This document shows positions 12,087 through 27,336 of a DNA stretch of 64,000 nt, piece by piece. The position numbers and the translations under genes are program-made. Positions within the stretch are counted from its first letter, which is position 1. The number at the start of each line of letters is the position of its first letter. Under the pieces are notes generated by a model. The model was given only the letters and a program-made list of their open reading frames with translations, was not told the DNA's origin and did not search any database. Source of the stretch: an uncultured delta proteobacterium (GTDB taxonomy: Bacteria > Myxococcota_A > Polyangia > Haliangiales > Haliangiaceae); NCBI GenBank assembly GCA_963848295.1, contig CAWKDB010000002.1, positions 480,001 through 544,000 on the forward strand. The letters run 5' to 3'.

Positions 12087-12587
12087 CTACGACGCCACGC
12101 GGGTGACGTCGACGCGCAGATGGGCGCGCAGCTCGTCGGGCAACCTCGCGAGCTCGGCCGGATCGTCGTCGACGATCAGCCCCCGGCAGGTCGCCGCGCC
12201 GCACGCGCAGACCTCGGCCGCCTCGGCGACGAACGCGTAGTCGTACGTGATCTCCTCGCCGACCGCGAGGTCGCGCAACGCGACCCACCACGCGCGCGGC
12301 ACGCCGGCGGCGTGGTCCCAGGTCGAGCGGACCTCGGTGTTCGGCTCGCACGAATGGTTGAACCATCGCGTCTGATCCGCGAGGTCCCAGAAGAAGTCCT
12401 CGCCGGGCAGGCCGGAGTCTTCGACCGGCAAGATCAGCGCGTAGGTATCGTCGAACTCCTCGTCCTCGCGATAGAGCACGCCATCGCCGTAGCAGACGAT
12501 CTCCCCGGCGCGAAACGGCCGCGTGGTCACCACGCCATAGCCATGGATCGCCGACATCACGACTCGCAGGCCATCGAGCAAAGGCAT
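12087..12587 (-). CDS. SET-domain protein-lysine methyltransferase with post-SET motif
   Basis: IHGYGV, WFNHSCEPN, EEITYDY, CACGAATCRG. Confidence 0.9.
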   Translation of the reverse strand: MPLLDGLRVVMSAIHGYGVVTTRPFRAGEIVCYGDGVLYREDEEFDDTYALILPVEDSGLPGEDFFWDLADQTRWFNHSCEPNTEVRSTWDHAAGVPRAWWVALRDLAVGEEITYDYAFVAEAAEVCACGAATCRGLIVDDDPAELARLPDELRAHLRVDVTRVAS

Positions 12588-12665
12588 CGCCGCGATCTGC
12601 CACAACCCGAGCTAGAAAAGCAACGATGGCGAACGCCGACCGCGCGCGTTAGATTTCGCGCTGCC

Positions 12666-13751
12666 ATGGCTGACAAGCTCAAGGTAGGAGTGCTCGGCGC
12701 GACCGGCATGGTCGGCCAGCGATTCGTCTCGCTGCTCGCGAATCACCCCTGGTTCGAGGTCACCGCGGTCGCCGCGAGCGCCGCGTCTGCGGGCAAGTCC
12801 TATGGCGAGGCGGTGACCGGCCGGTGGACGTTGGCCACCGCGGTGCCGCGCGCGACCGCCGAGCTCGTCGTCCGTGATGCGTCGGAGGTCTCGCGCATCG
12901 CGGGCGCGGTCGACTTCGTGTTCTGCGCGGTCGACATGGCGAAGGACGCGACCGCGAGGCTCGAAGACGACTACGCGCGAGCCGAGACCCCGGTCGTGTC
13001 GAACAACTCCGCGCATCGCTGGACGCCCGACGTGCCGATGATGATCCCGGAGATCAACGCCGATCACGTCGCGGTGATCCCGGCGCAGCGCAGACGGCTC
13101 GGCACGAAGCGCGGCTTTGTCGCGGTCAAGCCGAACTGCTCGATCCAGAGCTACGTGCCCGCGATCCACCCGCTGCTCGCGTTCGGACCGACCAAGCTCG
13201 CGGTCTGCACGTATCAGGCGATCTCGGGCGCGGGCAAGACGTTCGAGACCTGGCCCGAGATGACCGACAACGTCATCCCGTTCATCAAAGGCGAAGAAGA
13301 GAAGTCCGAGAACGAGCCGATGAAGATCTGGGGCCAGGTCCAGGCCGGCAAGATCGTCGCGGCGACGGCACCCGCGATCACCGCCCAGTGCATTCGCGTG
13401 CCGGTCAGCGATGGCCACATGGCCGCGGTGTTCGTCGCATTCGCGCGCAATCCGAGTCGCGACCAGATCCTGTCGGCGTGGAGCGAGTTTCGCGGCAAGC
13501 CGCAAGCGCTCGCGCTGCCCAGCGCCCCCTCCCCGTTCTTGCAGTATTTCGACGACGACTCGCGGCCGCAGACCCGCCTCGACCGGGATGCCGGCAACGG
13601 CCAAGCGGTGACGATCGGTCGACTGCGCCCGGATTCGGTGTTCGACTGGCGATTCGTGGCCCTCTCGCACAACACGATTCGTGGCGCCGCCGGCGGCGCG
13701 GTCCTGACCGCGGAGCTGCTCAAGGCCGAAGGCTTTCTGGCGGCGAAGTAG
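12666..13751 (+). CDS. asd: Aspartate-semialdehyde dehydrogenase
   Basis: GVLGATGMVGQRF, KPNCS, QAISGAG, CIRVPVSDGH, SHNTIRGAAGG. Confidence 0.95.
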   Translation: MADKLKVGVLGATGMVGQRFVSLLANHPWFEVTAVAASAASAGKSYGEAVTGRWTLATAVPRATAELVVRDASEVSRIAGAVDFVFCAVDMAKDATARLEDDYARAETPVVSNNSAHRWTPDVPMMIPEINADHVAVIPAQRRRLGTKRGFVAVKPNCSIQSYVPAIHPLLAFGPTKLAVCTYQAISGAGKTFETWPEMTDNVIPFIKGEEEKSENEPMKIWGQVQAGKIVAATAPAITAQCIRVPVSDGHMAAVFVAFARNPSRDQILSAWSEFRGKPQALALPSAPSPFLQYFDDDSRPQTRLDRDAGNGQAVTIGRLRPDSVFDWRFVALSHNTIRGAAGGAVLTAELLKAEGFLAAK

Positions 13752-13918
13752 GTGTCAGGTTCCTCGCAGAAATCCCGCAGTTAAACGAACGACGAGGAAT
13801 TCGTCGAACTTAGGGACACCGCGATCTCGGTGAGCGTACACGCACGGCTTTGTTGAGTTCTACGTAGGATCGAGCTTTCGCTTGCTTGGCCTGAGCGAGT
13901 GGGCGACGGTACTAGTTG

Positions 13919-16033
<2,115 letters not shown>

Positions 16034-16171
16034 TGAAGCTCGTGATCGCGGCCTAGTTGGTCGCGAGTTGCAGCGCGCCAGCCTCGAGACCAAGTCGTTC
16101 ATCCCGGCGATGGCGAAGTCGGTCGACGAAAACCTGTAGCGCCGACCGTGGCCTCGGTCTAGAACGACGCG

Positions 16172-16726
16172 ATGGCTCGCTGGTGGTACGCGCCGTGTAT
16201 CGCGCTCCTGATCGGAGCTCCCGTGTACCTCGTGTCGCAAACCCTCGGGCTGTTCGGCGAGTTCGCGCATATGCAACGCGTCGTGATGCCCGGCAGCGCG
16301 ACCGTGAAGCTGCCCGCTGGCCCGTCGACGTTCTATGTCGATACGACCGCGACGGTGGATGGCACGGTCTATCGGCTCGAGGGACAGATCAGCTTCACGT
16401 GTCACATCGATGGCGACCGCGGCACGTCGCTCACGCTCGACCATCCCAGCGCGTCGGTCCGCGCCTCGATCGGAACGTCCAGCGTCGTGAAGGTGTTCGA
16501 GACCAGCGCACCGAGCGAAGGTAAGTACCAGCTCGCCTGCTCGAGCGAGACCGGGGACAAGTTCGTGCTGGGGGTCGGCCCCGAGGTGGGCAGGATGTTC
16601 AAGGTCGGGCTCGTGTTCATCGCCCTGATGTTGTCGGGCGGAGGGCTCACGTTGCTCGTTTTCCTGCGGCGGCGCGCTGCCGCCCGAGCTCGTAAAGCGC
16701 GAGCGACGCCGCCACCGACACGTTGA
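16172..16726 (+). CDS. Hypothetical membrane protein (N- and C-terminal TM helices, beta-rich middle)
   Basis: 184-aa ORF with two hydrophobic segments and a basic tail. Confidence 0.6.
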   Translation: MARWWYAPCIALLIGAPVYLVSQTLGLFGEFAHMQRVVMPGSATVKLPAGPSTFYVDTTATVDGTVYRLEGQISFTCHIDGDRGTSLTLDHPSASVRASIGTSSVVKVFETSAPSEGKYQLACSSETGDKFVLGVGPEVGRMFKVGLVFIALMLSGGGLTLLVFLRRRAAARARKARATPPPTR

Positions 16727-17429
16727 ACGAGCCGACCGCGGTCCGCGCCATCGGGATCAGCGCATGAAAATCGCATTGCTTCGCGACCAACGGGCGAACG
16801 CCACCGCCCTCCGAGCCGAGCACGAGGCAGAGCGCCATCGTGCCGTCGATCGTGTCGATCGGCTGCGCGTTCGGTGCGGCGTGGACCGCGACTCGCCACA
16901 GTCCGAGCTCGCGCAGGTCCTCGAGCGCGCGCACGAGGTTGCCGACCTGCGCGATCGGCAGCAACTCGCTCGCCCCCGCCGACGACTTCGCGACGATCGC
17001 GGTGACCTGTGCCGCGCGATGCTCGGGGATGATCACGCCATGGGCACCGAGCAGGTACGCCGAGCGCAAGATCGCGCCGAGGTTGCGCGGATCCTCGACG
17101 CCGTCGAGCGCGACGAGCATCGGCTTCTCGGCGGTCGCGAGCGCGACCAGGTCCTCGAGCGTGGCGTAGGCGAACGCGCCGAGCCAGGCGATCACACCCT
17201 GATGGCGCGCGCCCTCGCCCGCCGCGCGATCGAGCGACGGGCGGTCGCGATCCTCGACCTTGATGCCGGCGGCGCGCGCGGCGGTGACGATCTGCGCGAT
17301 CGGATCGCCGGCCGATTTATCCGCTCGCTTCGGATCGACCCAGATGGCGCGCACCTTCGCGGCCTGGCTCGCGACGAGCTCGCGCACCGGCCCGGCGCCG
17401 TAGACGCACCGGTCCCCCGGCGCGGTCAC
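16647..17429 (-). CDS. rlmB: 23S rRNA Gm2251 2'-O-methyltransferase (SPOUT/TrmH family)
   Basis: [32 protein letters not shown]...SFNVSVA. Confidence 0.9.
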   Translation of the reverse strand: MTAPGDRCVYGAGPVRELVASQAAKVRAIWVDPKRADKSAGDPIAQIVTAARAAGIKVEDRDRPSLDRAAGEGARHQGVIAWLGAFAYATLEDLVALATAEKPMLVALDGVEDPRNLGAILRSAYLLGAHGVIIPEHRAAQVTAIVAKSSAGASELLPIAQVGNLVRALEDLRELGLWRVAVHAAPNAQPIDTIDGTMALCLVLGSEGGGVRPLVAKQCDFHALIPMARTAVGSFNVSVAASLALYELGRQRAAAGKRAT

Positions 17430-18124
17430 GCGACGAGCTCGGCGACGATCGCGCGCGCGGCGGCCGCCGGATCCGCGGCATCGCGCAACGGTCGGCCAAC
17501 GACCACGAGGTCCGCTCCCGCGGCTCGCGCCTCACGCGGCGTCATCACGCGTTTCTGATCACCGGCGGCGCTGCCGGCCGGGCGCACGCCCGGCGTGACG
17601 ATCAAGAGTTGTGGCGCCACCTGCCGAGCCAGCGCGACTTCAAGCGGCGACGCGACGATCCCGTCGCAGCCTGCAGCCGCGGCGAGCGCCGCACGGCGCA
17701 CGACGAGCTCGCCGACCGGTCCTTGCGCACCAATCGCGGCGAGATCCGAGTCGTCGAGCGAGGTCAACACGGTGACCGCGAGCACTCGCGTCTCGCCGAC
17801 GTCGCGCGCCGCTTTGACCGCCGCTTGCAACATCGCGCGCCCACCTGCGGCGTGAACGGTGAGCAACCCCGCGCCGAGCGCGGCGGCCTGCGCGCTCGCC
17901 CGCGCGACGGTCTCCGGGATATCGTGGAGCTTGAGATCGAGCATCACGCGCAGGCCGCGCGCGACGAGCTCGCGGACGAACGCCGGCCCTTCGGCGCAGA
18001 ACAGCTCGAGCCCGACCTTGACCCAGCTCGGCACGCCGTCGAGCTTTCGCACGAGCGCCTCGGCCTCCGCACGGTTCGGAGCGTCGAGCGCCGCGATCAA
18101 CCGATTGCCGGGCTCGAAGCTCAC
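17426..18124 (-). CDS. pyrF: Orotidine-5'-phosphate decarboxylase
   Basis: [42 protein letters not shown]. Confidence 0.95.
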   Translation of the reverse strand: MSFEPGNRLIAALDAPNRAEAEALVRKLDGVPSWVKVGLELFCAEGPAFVRELVARGLRVMLDLKLHDIPETVARASAQAAALGAGLLTVHAAGGRAMLQAAVKAARDVGETRVLAVTVLTSLDDSDLAAIGAQGPVGELVVRRAALAAAAGCDGIVASPLEVALARQVAPQLLIVTPGVRPAGSAAGDQKRVMTPREARAAGADLVVVGRPLRDAADPAAAARAIVAELVA

Positions 18125-18183
18125 CCGCCGGATCTAACACGGCCCGCGGTCGAGCCGTAGGCGATCGGAACCAGCAACGGGAG

Positions 18184-19113
18184 TTAGGCGCCGTGCACGA
18201 GGGTCTGGAGCCAAGTCACGATCGAATCGTTTGGTACGAGGCTGTCCATCTCGACGGTAGACTTGTCGCCGATCGCTACACCTGGACAGTCGGTGTCCGG
18301 CGGGAACACCTTGCGTTGCAGCGCTTGCCCGGACCGGCGATCGTAGACCACGACCTCGCGCTCCTTGAGCTGCAGCGAGACCGTCATGGCTTCGTCACCG
18401 GCTTTGTAGCCGGTGCATGTCTTCGTGCCCTTGACCGTCGGCAGTACATGGATGATCGCGACCGCGTCGAGATCGCGCATGTGCACCGCAGCGCCGACGA
18501 GCTGACTCGAGGACAAGTCGACGAGGTAGATCGATCGCGGCCGCTTCGGCATGTGGACCTCGTGTCCCAGCATCAGCCCGCCGCTCTCGACCGTCGCGAG
18601 AAAGTCCTCGAGGGACGGAGGGCGGATCGCGGCAAGCTCGAGCTCGGCCGTCTCACCGCTCGCGAACGTGAGCTCCAGCTTTCGATTCTTCGGCGCTACC
18701 TTCGCGTCGTCCCAGGCGCGACGATCAACCGGCAGGCCACCGATGTCATCGCGTACGTCACCGACTGCGAACGGATGCCCGGGCTTTTCCACGGTTCCGC
18801 TGTGATCGCCGAGCTGCCAGTGGGTGTTGTCGCTGGGAAGCAGGATCAGCTCCACCGTGTAGACACCGTTGTTTTCGACCGCAATCTCTCCGTCGAGGTT
18901 TGGCTGATCGACCACGTGGAAGTGAGTCCCGTCCCATGCGAACCGGATGGGCTCGGGGCCGGTATGGATCCTACGCGGAGCGCTCGCCACGGCAGCTGGC
19001 GCCGGTGCGACTGGCCGGGTCGGGGGAGGGCTCGGCACGCGGTCATCGCCAGGCGCGGGATCCCGTGATCGGCACGACAGAACAACCATAGCGATGAACA
19101 GCGTGCGCACCAT
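18184..19113 (-). CDS. Hypothetical lipoprotein
   Basis: MVRTLFIAMVVLSC lipobox-like start, Pro-rich linker, C-terminal Cys pair; more mixed codon usage than its neighbours. Confidence 0.6.
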   Translation of the reverse strand: MVRTLFIAMVVLSCRSRDPAPGDDRVPSPPPTRPVAPAPAAVASAPRRIHTGPEPIRFAWDGTHFHVVDQPNLDGEIAVENNGVYTVELILLPSDNTHWQLGDHSGTVEKPGHPFAVGDVRDDIGGLPVDRRAWDDAKVAPKNRKLELTFASGETAELELAAIRPPSLEDFLATVESGGLMLGHEVHMPKRPRSIYLVDLSSSQLVGAAVHMRDLDAVAIIHVLPTVKGTKTCTGYKAGDEAMTVSLQLKEREVVVYDRRSGQALQRKVFPPDTDCPGVAIGDKSTVEMDSLVPNDSIVTWLQTLVHGA

Positions 19114-19181
19114 GCCGCGACGAATAGCATGGTGCGTGCCACCACTCACCCCCTCCAGTCGGGAACACGCCCGCGTCGATC

Positions 19182-19215
19182 CGCGGGTGCAACGTTGCAC
19201 GCCGTTGCACCCGCG
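19182..19215. promoter_or_regulatory. Nested inverted repeats (possible operator or hairpin)
   Basis: CGCGGGTGCAACG / CGTTGCACCCGCG 13-bp perfect IR, overlapping the 14-bp palindrome GTGCAACGTTGCAC (19187-19200). Confidence 0.45.
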
Positions 19216-19254
19216 TGCAGCGAGCATGATCGAAGCCCCAGCGCCGCACCCCAC

Positions 19255-19350
19255 CCGAAGCCGAAGCCGAAGCCGAAGCCGAAGCCGTAGCCGAAGCCGA
19301 AGCCGAAGCCGTAGCCGCAGCCGTTGCCGAAGCCGTTGCCGTTGCTGTTG
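19255..19350. repeat. Intergenic hexamer tandem repeat (CCGAAG-like x16)
   Basis: Counted units of ccgaag, ccgtag, ccgcag, ccgttg and ctgttg. Confidence 0.95.
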
Positions 19351-19363
19351 CAGCTACGTCCCG

Positions 19364-21232
19364 CTAGCGCGCCACCCTCACCGCGTACGCTCCGCCGCTC
19401 TCCTCGACGACCGTGTAGATCACGCCGTCGTCGGCGCGCCGGTGCTCGCGGTCGAACTTGATCGTGCCGGTCAACCCGACGAGCTGTCCGCTCGCGAGCG
19501 TCGCGGCGAGCGCGCTTCGTCCGCCCGCACCCGCTGCTGCCGCGAGCTGCGCGGCATCGAACGCATACGCTTCGAGCGCGCCCGGCGGATGCCCGAACGC
19601 GGCGACATAGCGATCGAGGAACGGCTTGCTCGCCGCGTCTTGATCGTCGGGGTAGTAGCCGGGCGCGAACAGAGCGCCTTCGGAGTGGCGGCCGGCATCG
19701 ATGACGTACTGCGGCGTCAGATCTTCGGCGGTCGACAGCAATAACACCGGGCGGCCACCGCGCAGCTTCTTCGGAAATGGCATCGCGCGGGCCAGATCGC
19801 CGGCCGCCGCGAGCGCGGGTGCGATCAGCCCGAGCTTCTCGGCCTGGTCCGGGACGAAGATCGCTTGCCACGCATTCCCGAGCTTGCCGACCACACCGCT
19901 GAAGGACTTCGTGTCCTTCGGATAGGTCACGGTCGAGACGATCGCGCCGCCACCCTTCACGATCTCGGCGGCGAACGCGGCGGTGATCGCTTTGCCGTAG
20001 CCGTTCTCCGGCGCGAGCACCGCGAACCTCGTCGCGCCTTCGGCGAGCGCGCGATGGGCGAGCACACGGGCGCGCGCTTCGGCCGAGTGCCGGATGTGAA
20101 ACGCGAGCTTGCCGAAGTTGCGCTTTTCGGCCGCGGCGCTGAGCGACAGCAGCGGCACGCCCGCAGCATCGGCGCGCACGGTCGCGGCGTCGACCGATTC
20201 GCCATCGATCGGCCCGATGATGGCGACGACGTTGAGCCGCGCGAGCTGGTCGACCGCGTCGGCCGCGGTCGCGGCGTCCGGCGCGGCGCGGACCTCGATC
20301 GCGGCGACGCCCTTGCCATCGGGCGCGCCGGCGGCCAACCCGAGCGCGGCCGCGGCCTTACTCGCGATCTTGTTCTGGCTGCCCGAGCCGAAAGGCATCA
20401 CCGCGCCGATCAGGCCGACACTGCCCGAGCCCGGCGCGGCCGGCCCGACGTCGGCTTCGCGGATCGTGCGCGGTAAGCCGAGCGCGGTCCGCACGGGGCC
20501 GAGATCGGTGCGCAGCTTCGCGGCGGTGCCCGGATCGCCCGAGCGCTCGGCGATCAGCGCGAGTCGGCTGCCGACGATCGCGATACTCGGACCCTTGCGA
20601 TCCGCGAGCTCGTCGTAGACCCGGCGCAGCGCGTTGCCGTCGGCGCCGGAGACGACCTGTTCGATCCGCGCGATCGCGACCGCGCGCTCGGTCGCGGTGA
20701 TGCCCGGGCGCGCGTACAGCTCGTCGAACTGCGGCAGCGCATCGAGCGGGCGCTCGCCGGCGGCGGTCGAGTACGCGAGCGCCGCGATGTACTCGGTGCG
20801 TTCGTCGTCATTATCGACCGCGCGCGCGTTCGCGACGAGCAGCTTGTGAGCGCTCGCCGGATCGCCTTCGTAGTTCTTCGCGATGCCGAGGAACAGCGCC
20901 CCGCGCGCCGCGAGCCCCGGATCGCGGTCGGTGCTGGCGACCTGCGCGAGCACCTTGTCCGCCTGGCTGAAGTCGCGTGCTTTGATCGCGGCGATGCCGG
21001 CGTAGAGCTGCGCCCACGGCACGATCGGATCGGCCGGGTAGTCGCGCACGATCTTCGCGAACTCCGGGCCCTGCGTGCCGTCGCGGAGGAATTGCGCCTT
21101 CGCGTCCTGAAACTTCGCGCGCGCGTTCGCGTCGCCGGTGCGCGGCGGCTCGGCTTCGAGCAGCGTGCGCCGTGGCCTCGGGCAGCCCGCGAGCAGCGCA
21201 GCGAAGATCAGCGTTCGGACGACGGTTCTCAC
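19364..21232 (-). CDS. LpoA/LppC-like lipoprotein (TPR-like N-half + type I periplasmic-binding fold)
   Basis: LLAGC lipobox, IGAVMP, AIIGP, FAVLAPENGYG, AIFVPD, YAFDAA, GLTGTIKF. Confidence 0.75.
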   Translation of the reverse strand: MRTVVRTLIFAALLAGCPRPRRTLLEAEPPRTGDANARAKFQDAKAQFLRDGTQGPEFAKIVRDYPADPIVPWAQLYAGIAAIKARDFSQADKVLAQVASTDRDPGLAARGALFLGIAKNYEGDPASAHKLLVANARAVDNDDERTEYIAALAYSTAAGERPLDALPQFDELYARPGITATERAVAIARIEQVVSGADGNALRRVYDELADRKGPSIAIVGSRLALIAERSGDPGTAAKLRTDLGPVRTALGLPRTIREADVGPAAPGSGSVGLIGAVMPFGSGSQNKIASKAAAALGLAAGAPDGKGVAAIEVRAAPDAATAADAVDQLARLNVVAIIGPIDGESVDAATVRADAAGVPLLSLSAAAEKRNFGKLAFHIRHSAEARARVLAHRALAEGATRFAVLAPENGYGKAITAAFAAEIVKGGGAIVSTVTYPKDTKSFSGVVGKLGNAWQAIFVPDQAEKLGLIAPALAAAGDLARAMPFPKKLRGGRPVLLLSTAEDLTPQYVIDAGRHSEGALFAPGYYPDDQDAASKPFLDRYVAAFGHPPGALEAYAFDAAQLAAAAGAGGRSALAATLASGQLVGLTGTIKFDREHRRADDGVIYTVVEESGGAYAVRVAR

Positions 21233-21286
21233 CCACAGACAGTAGCGATCGGACGGAGCGCGTGCAAATCGCGGTATGAACGCGGC

Positions 21287-22315
21287 ATGCCCGGCCGCAG
21301 CGATCGCCTCGAACGCGAAATAGATGGTGGCTTCACCGCGTTGGAGAACGCGCACATCGACGCCGCCGCGCTCCATCTCGAGCGCGCGCAGCGCATCGAC
21401 CGCCGGCATCCCCGCGTGGTCGAGCTGGCGGCGCTGGTCGCCGAGGCTACCGGTGACCCCGACGCCGCGGTGAAGGCGTACGAACAACTCGCCGCGCTCG
21501 ATCCGACCGCCGTAGTGCCGGCGATCCGGCTCGCCGGGCTCGCCCTCGATTTCAACGACGATCCCGATCGCGCGCTCGCGCTCCTCGCAAGAGCCGAGCC
21601 GTCGATCACCGACCCCGAAGATCGGCTCGAAGCGCTGTTCACCCGGGCGAAGGCCTACATCGCGAAGGCCGACCGCGCGGCCGCACTCGCGGCGCTCGCG
21701 AAGATCGACGCGAGCACGCTGTCCGGTTGCGACCGCGAACCGCTCGCGATGCTCGCGCTCGACGCGGAGGCGCCCGAGCTCGCGCTGTCGTTCGCACAGC
21801 CGTTGCTCGCCGAGCCCGAGCTCGAGCCCGCCGACCGCGCGGACGCCCTCCACTTGCTCGGCGCGATCTATGCGGAGCTCGGCCGCGACGCGGACATGGC
21901 GCGAGCGTGGCGCGAGTGTCGCGACCTCGACGCCAAGACCGCCGCGACGCCGGCGGTCGACCTCAGCAACGACGAGCTCGATGCGATCGCGACCGCAGCG
22001 CTCGCCGAGCTGCCGGCCACCGCGCGCGAGCTGCTCGAGCGAGTGCCGATCCTCGTCGACGAGGCACCGAGCGACGAGCTGATCGCCGACGGCGTCGACC
22101 CGCGACTGCTCGGCCTGTTCCAGGGCACGCCGTTGCCCGAAGGCGGCGACCTCGCGCCGAGCGTCACCGCGATCTGGCTGTTCCGCCGAAATCTCATGCA
22201 GCTTTCGGAGTCGCGCGACGACGTCGTCGAAGAAGTCCGGATCACCGTCTTGCACGAGACCGCGCACTACTTCGGCATGGACGAGGCCGATCTCGAAGAG
22301 CTCGGGTTGGATTGA
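21287..22315 (+). CDS. TPR-repeat protein with C-terminal zincin-like metallopeptidase
   Basis: Helical repeats; LLGLFQG and ITVLHETAHYFG (HExxH). Confidence 0.85.
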   Translation: MPGRSDRLEREIDGGFTALENAHIDAAALHLERAQRIDRRHPRVVELAALVAEATGDPDAAVKAYEQLAALDPTAVVPAIRLAGLALDFNDDPDRALALLARAEPSITDPEDRLEALFTRAKAYIAKADRAAALAALAKIDASTLSGCDREPLAMLALDAEAPELALSFAQPLLAEPELEPADRADALHLLGAIYAELGRDADMARAWRECRDLDAKTAATPAVDLSNDELDAIATAALAELPATARELLERVPILVDEAPSDELIADGVDPRLLGLFQGTPLPEGGDLAPSVTAIWLFRRNLMQLSESRDDVVEEVRITVLHETAHYFGMDEADLEELGLD

Positions 22316-22352
22316 GCCCGGAGCCGATCGATCGGGCCGAAGGGCGCGCCGC

Positions 22353-22664
22353 TCAGTCCGGGAGGCAGATGTTGTTGCCGACCGCGGTGCCGGGAACGCA
22401 GATCGCGACAAAGCAGCACGTGCCGCTATCCGGGCAATCGCTGTTCACGCTGCAGAACTGACCGCCCTCGCCCGCGTCGGGTCGAACGACAAACGCATCG
22501 GGCTGCACGTTCGACGTATCGTGAGTCACGCCGGCGTCGTGGTGGACGTCGCCGTCTTCGTGCAGGTGAGCGTCGTTCCGGACCGAGCCGTCGGTCGTCT
22601 CGAGCGCCCCGCCCTTCGCGCAACCGAAGGTGACCACCAAGCACGCAGCTAGAAGACGACTCAT
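22353..22664 (-). CDS. Small Cys-rich lipoprotein
   Basis: FGC lipobox, His/Asp-rich linker, CSVNSDC...CC...C...C knot-like tail. Confidence 0.7.
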   Translation of the reverse strand: MSRLLAACLVVTFGCAKGGALETTDGSVRNDAHLHEDGDVHHDAGVTHDTSNVQPDAFVVRPDAGEGGQFCSVNSDCPDSGTCCFVAICVPGTAVGNNICLPD

Positions 22665-22769
22665 GGGAGTGAGCGCATCCTAGCCGTGAGGCCGATCGAC
22701 ACAACACGTTTTTCGGTGGTCGGACCGCTGGAGCGACAGGTTGTAACCCGATGAAGCGGTGCGTCACGC

Positions 22770-26295
<3,526 letters not shown>

Positions 26296-26319
26296 GATAT
26301 GACCCATCAGATCTAGCGC

Positions 26320-26724
26320 ATGAGGCCGATACTCCCGAGGCCGGAACGACACGAATTACCGCGACTCGCCCGGTTCGTCTTCGCGATCGCGCTCTCCGCC
26401 TGCGCGCACCCGCAACCGCCGGTCCCGCCGGGCGAGCCGATCCCGGCGGAGCCGGACACGAAGGTCGCCTCGATCGACAAGGAATGCGCCGGGGTCGTCA
26501 CCGCGATCGACACCTATAGCGCGTGCCCGAACCTCGAAGAGCCGCAGCGCGACTATTGGCGCCGCGTGAGCGAGCTCTCGGCCCGGAGCTTCGCGACGAC
26601 CGAGGACAGCACGCTGGATCCGAAAGGCGCGCGCGCGATCGCCGTGGCGTGCCATCGCGCGGCCACCGCGATCACGTTTGCCAACGAGCGCTGCATGGCC
26701 GGCAAGCCCCCGCTGGACCGTTAG
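26320..26724 (+). CDS. Hypothetical lipoprotein with four further Cys
   Basis: ALSAC lipobox; real start may be downstream. Confidence 0.55.
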   Translation: MRPILPRPERHELPRLARFVFAIALSACAHPQPPVPPGEPIPAEPDTKVASIDKECAGVVTAIDTYSACPNLEEPQRDYWRRVSELSARSFATTEDSTLDPKGARAIAVACHRAATAITFANERCMAGKPPLDR

Positions 26725-26729
26725 CCGCG

Positions 26730-27296
26730 CTACTTCTGCGCGAGCGCCCAGACGACCTGGGGAAAGTCGGGCTCGTTCTTGAGCGAGTGCAGCCACGGGA
26801 TGTAGCTGCGCCAGCTGCGAAAGCTCGCCTTGATCGAGCCGCGATTGCCCCACGATCCAGTCTGGATCTGGTCGATCGGAAAGCCGCACTCCGCGAGCAG
26901 ATGTTTGAGCCCGAGCTCGGTCCAGCGCGAGCAGTCGACCGGATAGCCGTGGACGCGGATGAGGAACGGCACCGAAACCATGAAGTAACCGCCGGGCGCG
27001 AGCATCGCGTAGACGTTGCGGGTCGCGCGATACGGCCACAGCAGATGTTCCCACACCTGATCGGCGAGGATCAGGCCGAACGGCTCGGGCAGCGTCTGCG
27101 CGCAGATGTCGAGCTCGGGCAAGCCGACCGTGCGGTACGACTTCGCACCGAGATCTTTCCAGTTGTCGCCGGAGATCTCGAGTGCGTCGAGCTGTTCGGG
27201 ATGGATTTCGGCGAGCAACGCGCGCTGCGATCGCTCCATGACGATCCGACTCCAGTTCGGATTGCCATAGCCGGTCAGGAACGAGACCACGGACAT
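26730..27296 (-). CDS. Class I SAM-dependent methyltransferase
   Basis: ALEISG, DQVWEHL, MLAPGG, SVPF..RVHGYPVDCSRWT. Confidence 0.8.
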   Translation of the reverse strand: MSVVSFLTGYGNPNWSRIVMERSQRALLAEIHPEQLDALEISGDNWKDLGAKSYRTVGLPELDICAQTLPEPFGLILADQVWEHLLWPYRATRNVYAMLAPGGYFMVSVPFLIRVHGYPVDCSRWTELGLKHLLAECGFPIDQIQTGSWGNRGSIKASFRSWRSYIPWLHSLKNEPDFPQVVWALAQK

Positions 27297-27336
27297 CGGC
27301 GCCGAACCTAGCATTGGGGCATGCTGGAGAAGCGGC

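Noticed and set aside
16647..16726. 80-bp convergent overlap of rlmB with the membrane-protein gene
   Set aside because: Tail overlaps are common where stop codons are scarce; there is no sign of function.
19255..19350. Possible CRISPR array or coding (SR)n/(GF)n peptide
   Set aside because: There are no spacers, and the ORFs crossing it are low-complexity read-throughs of a simple repeat.
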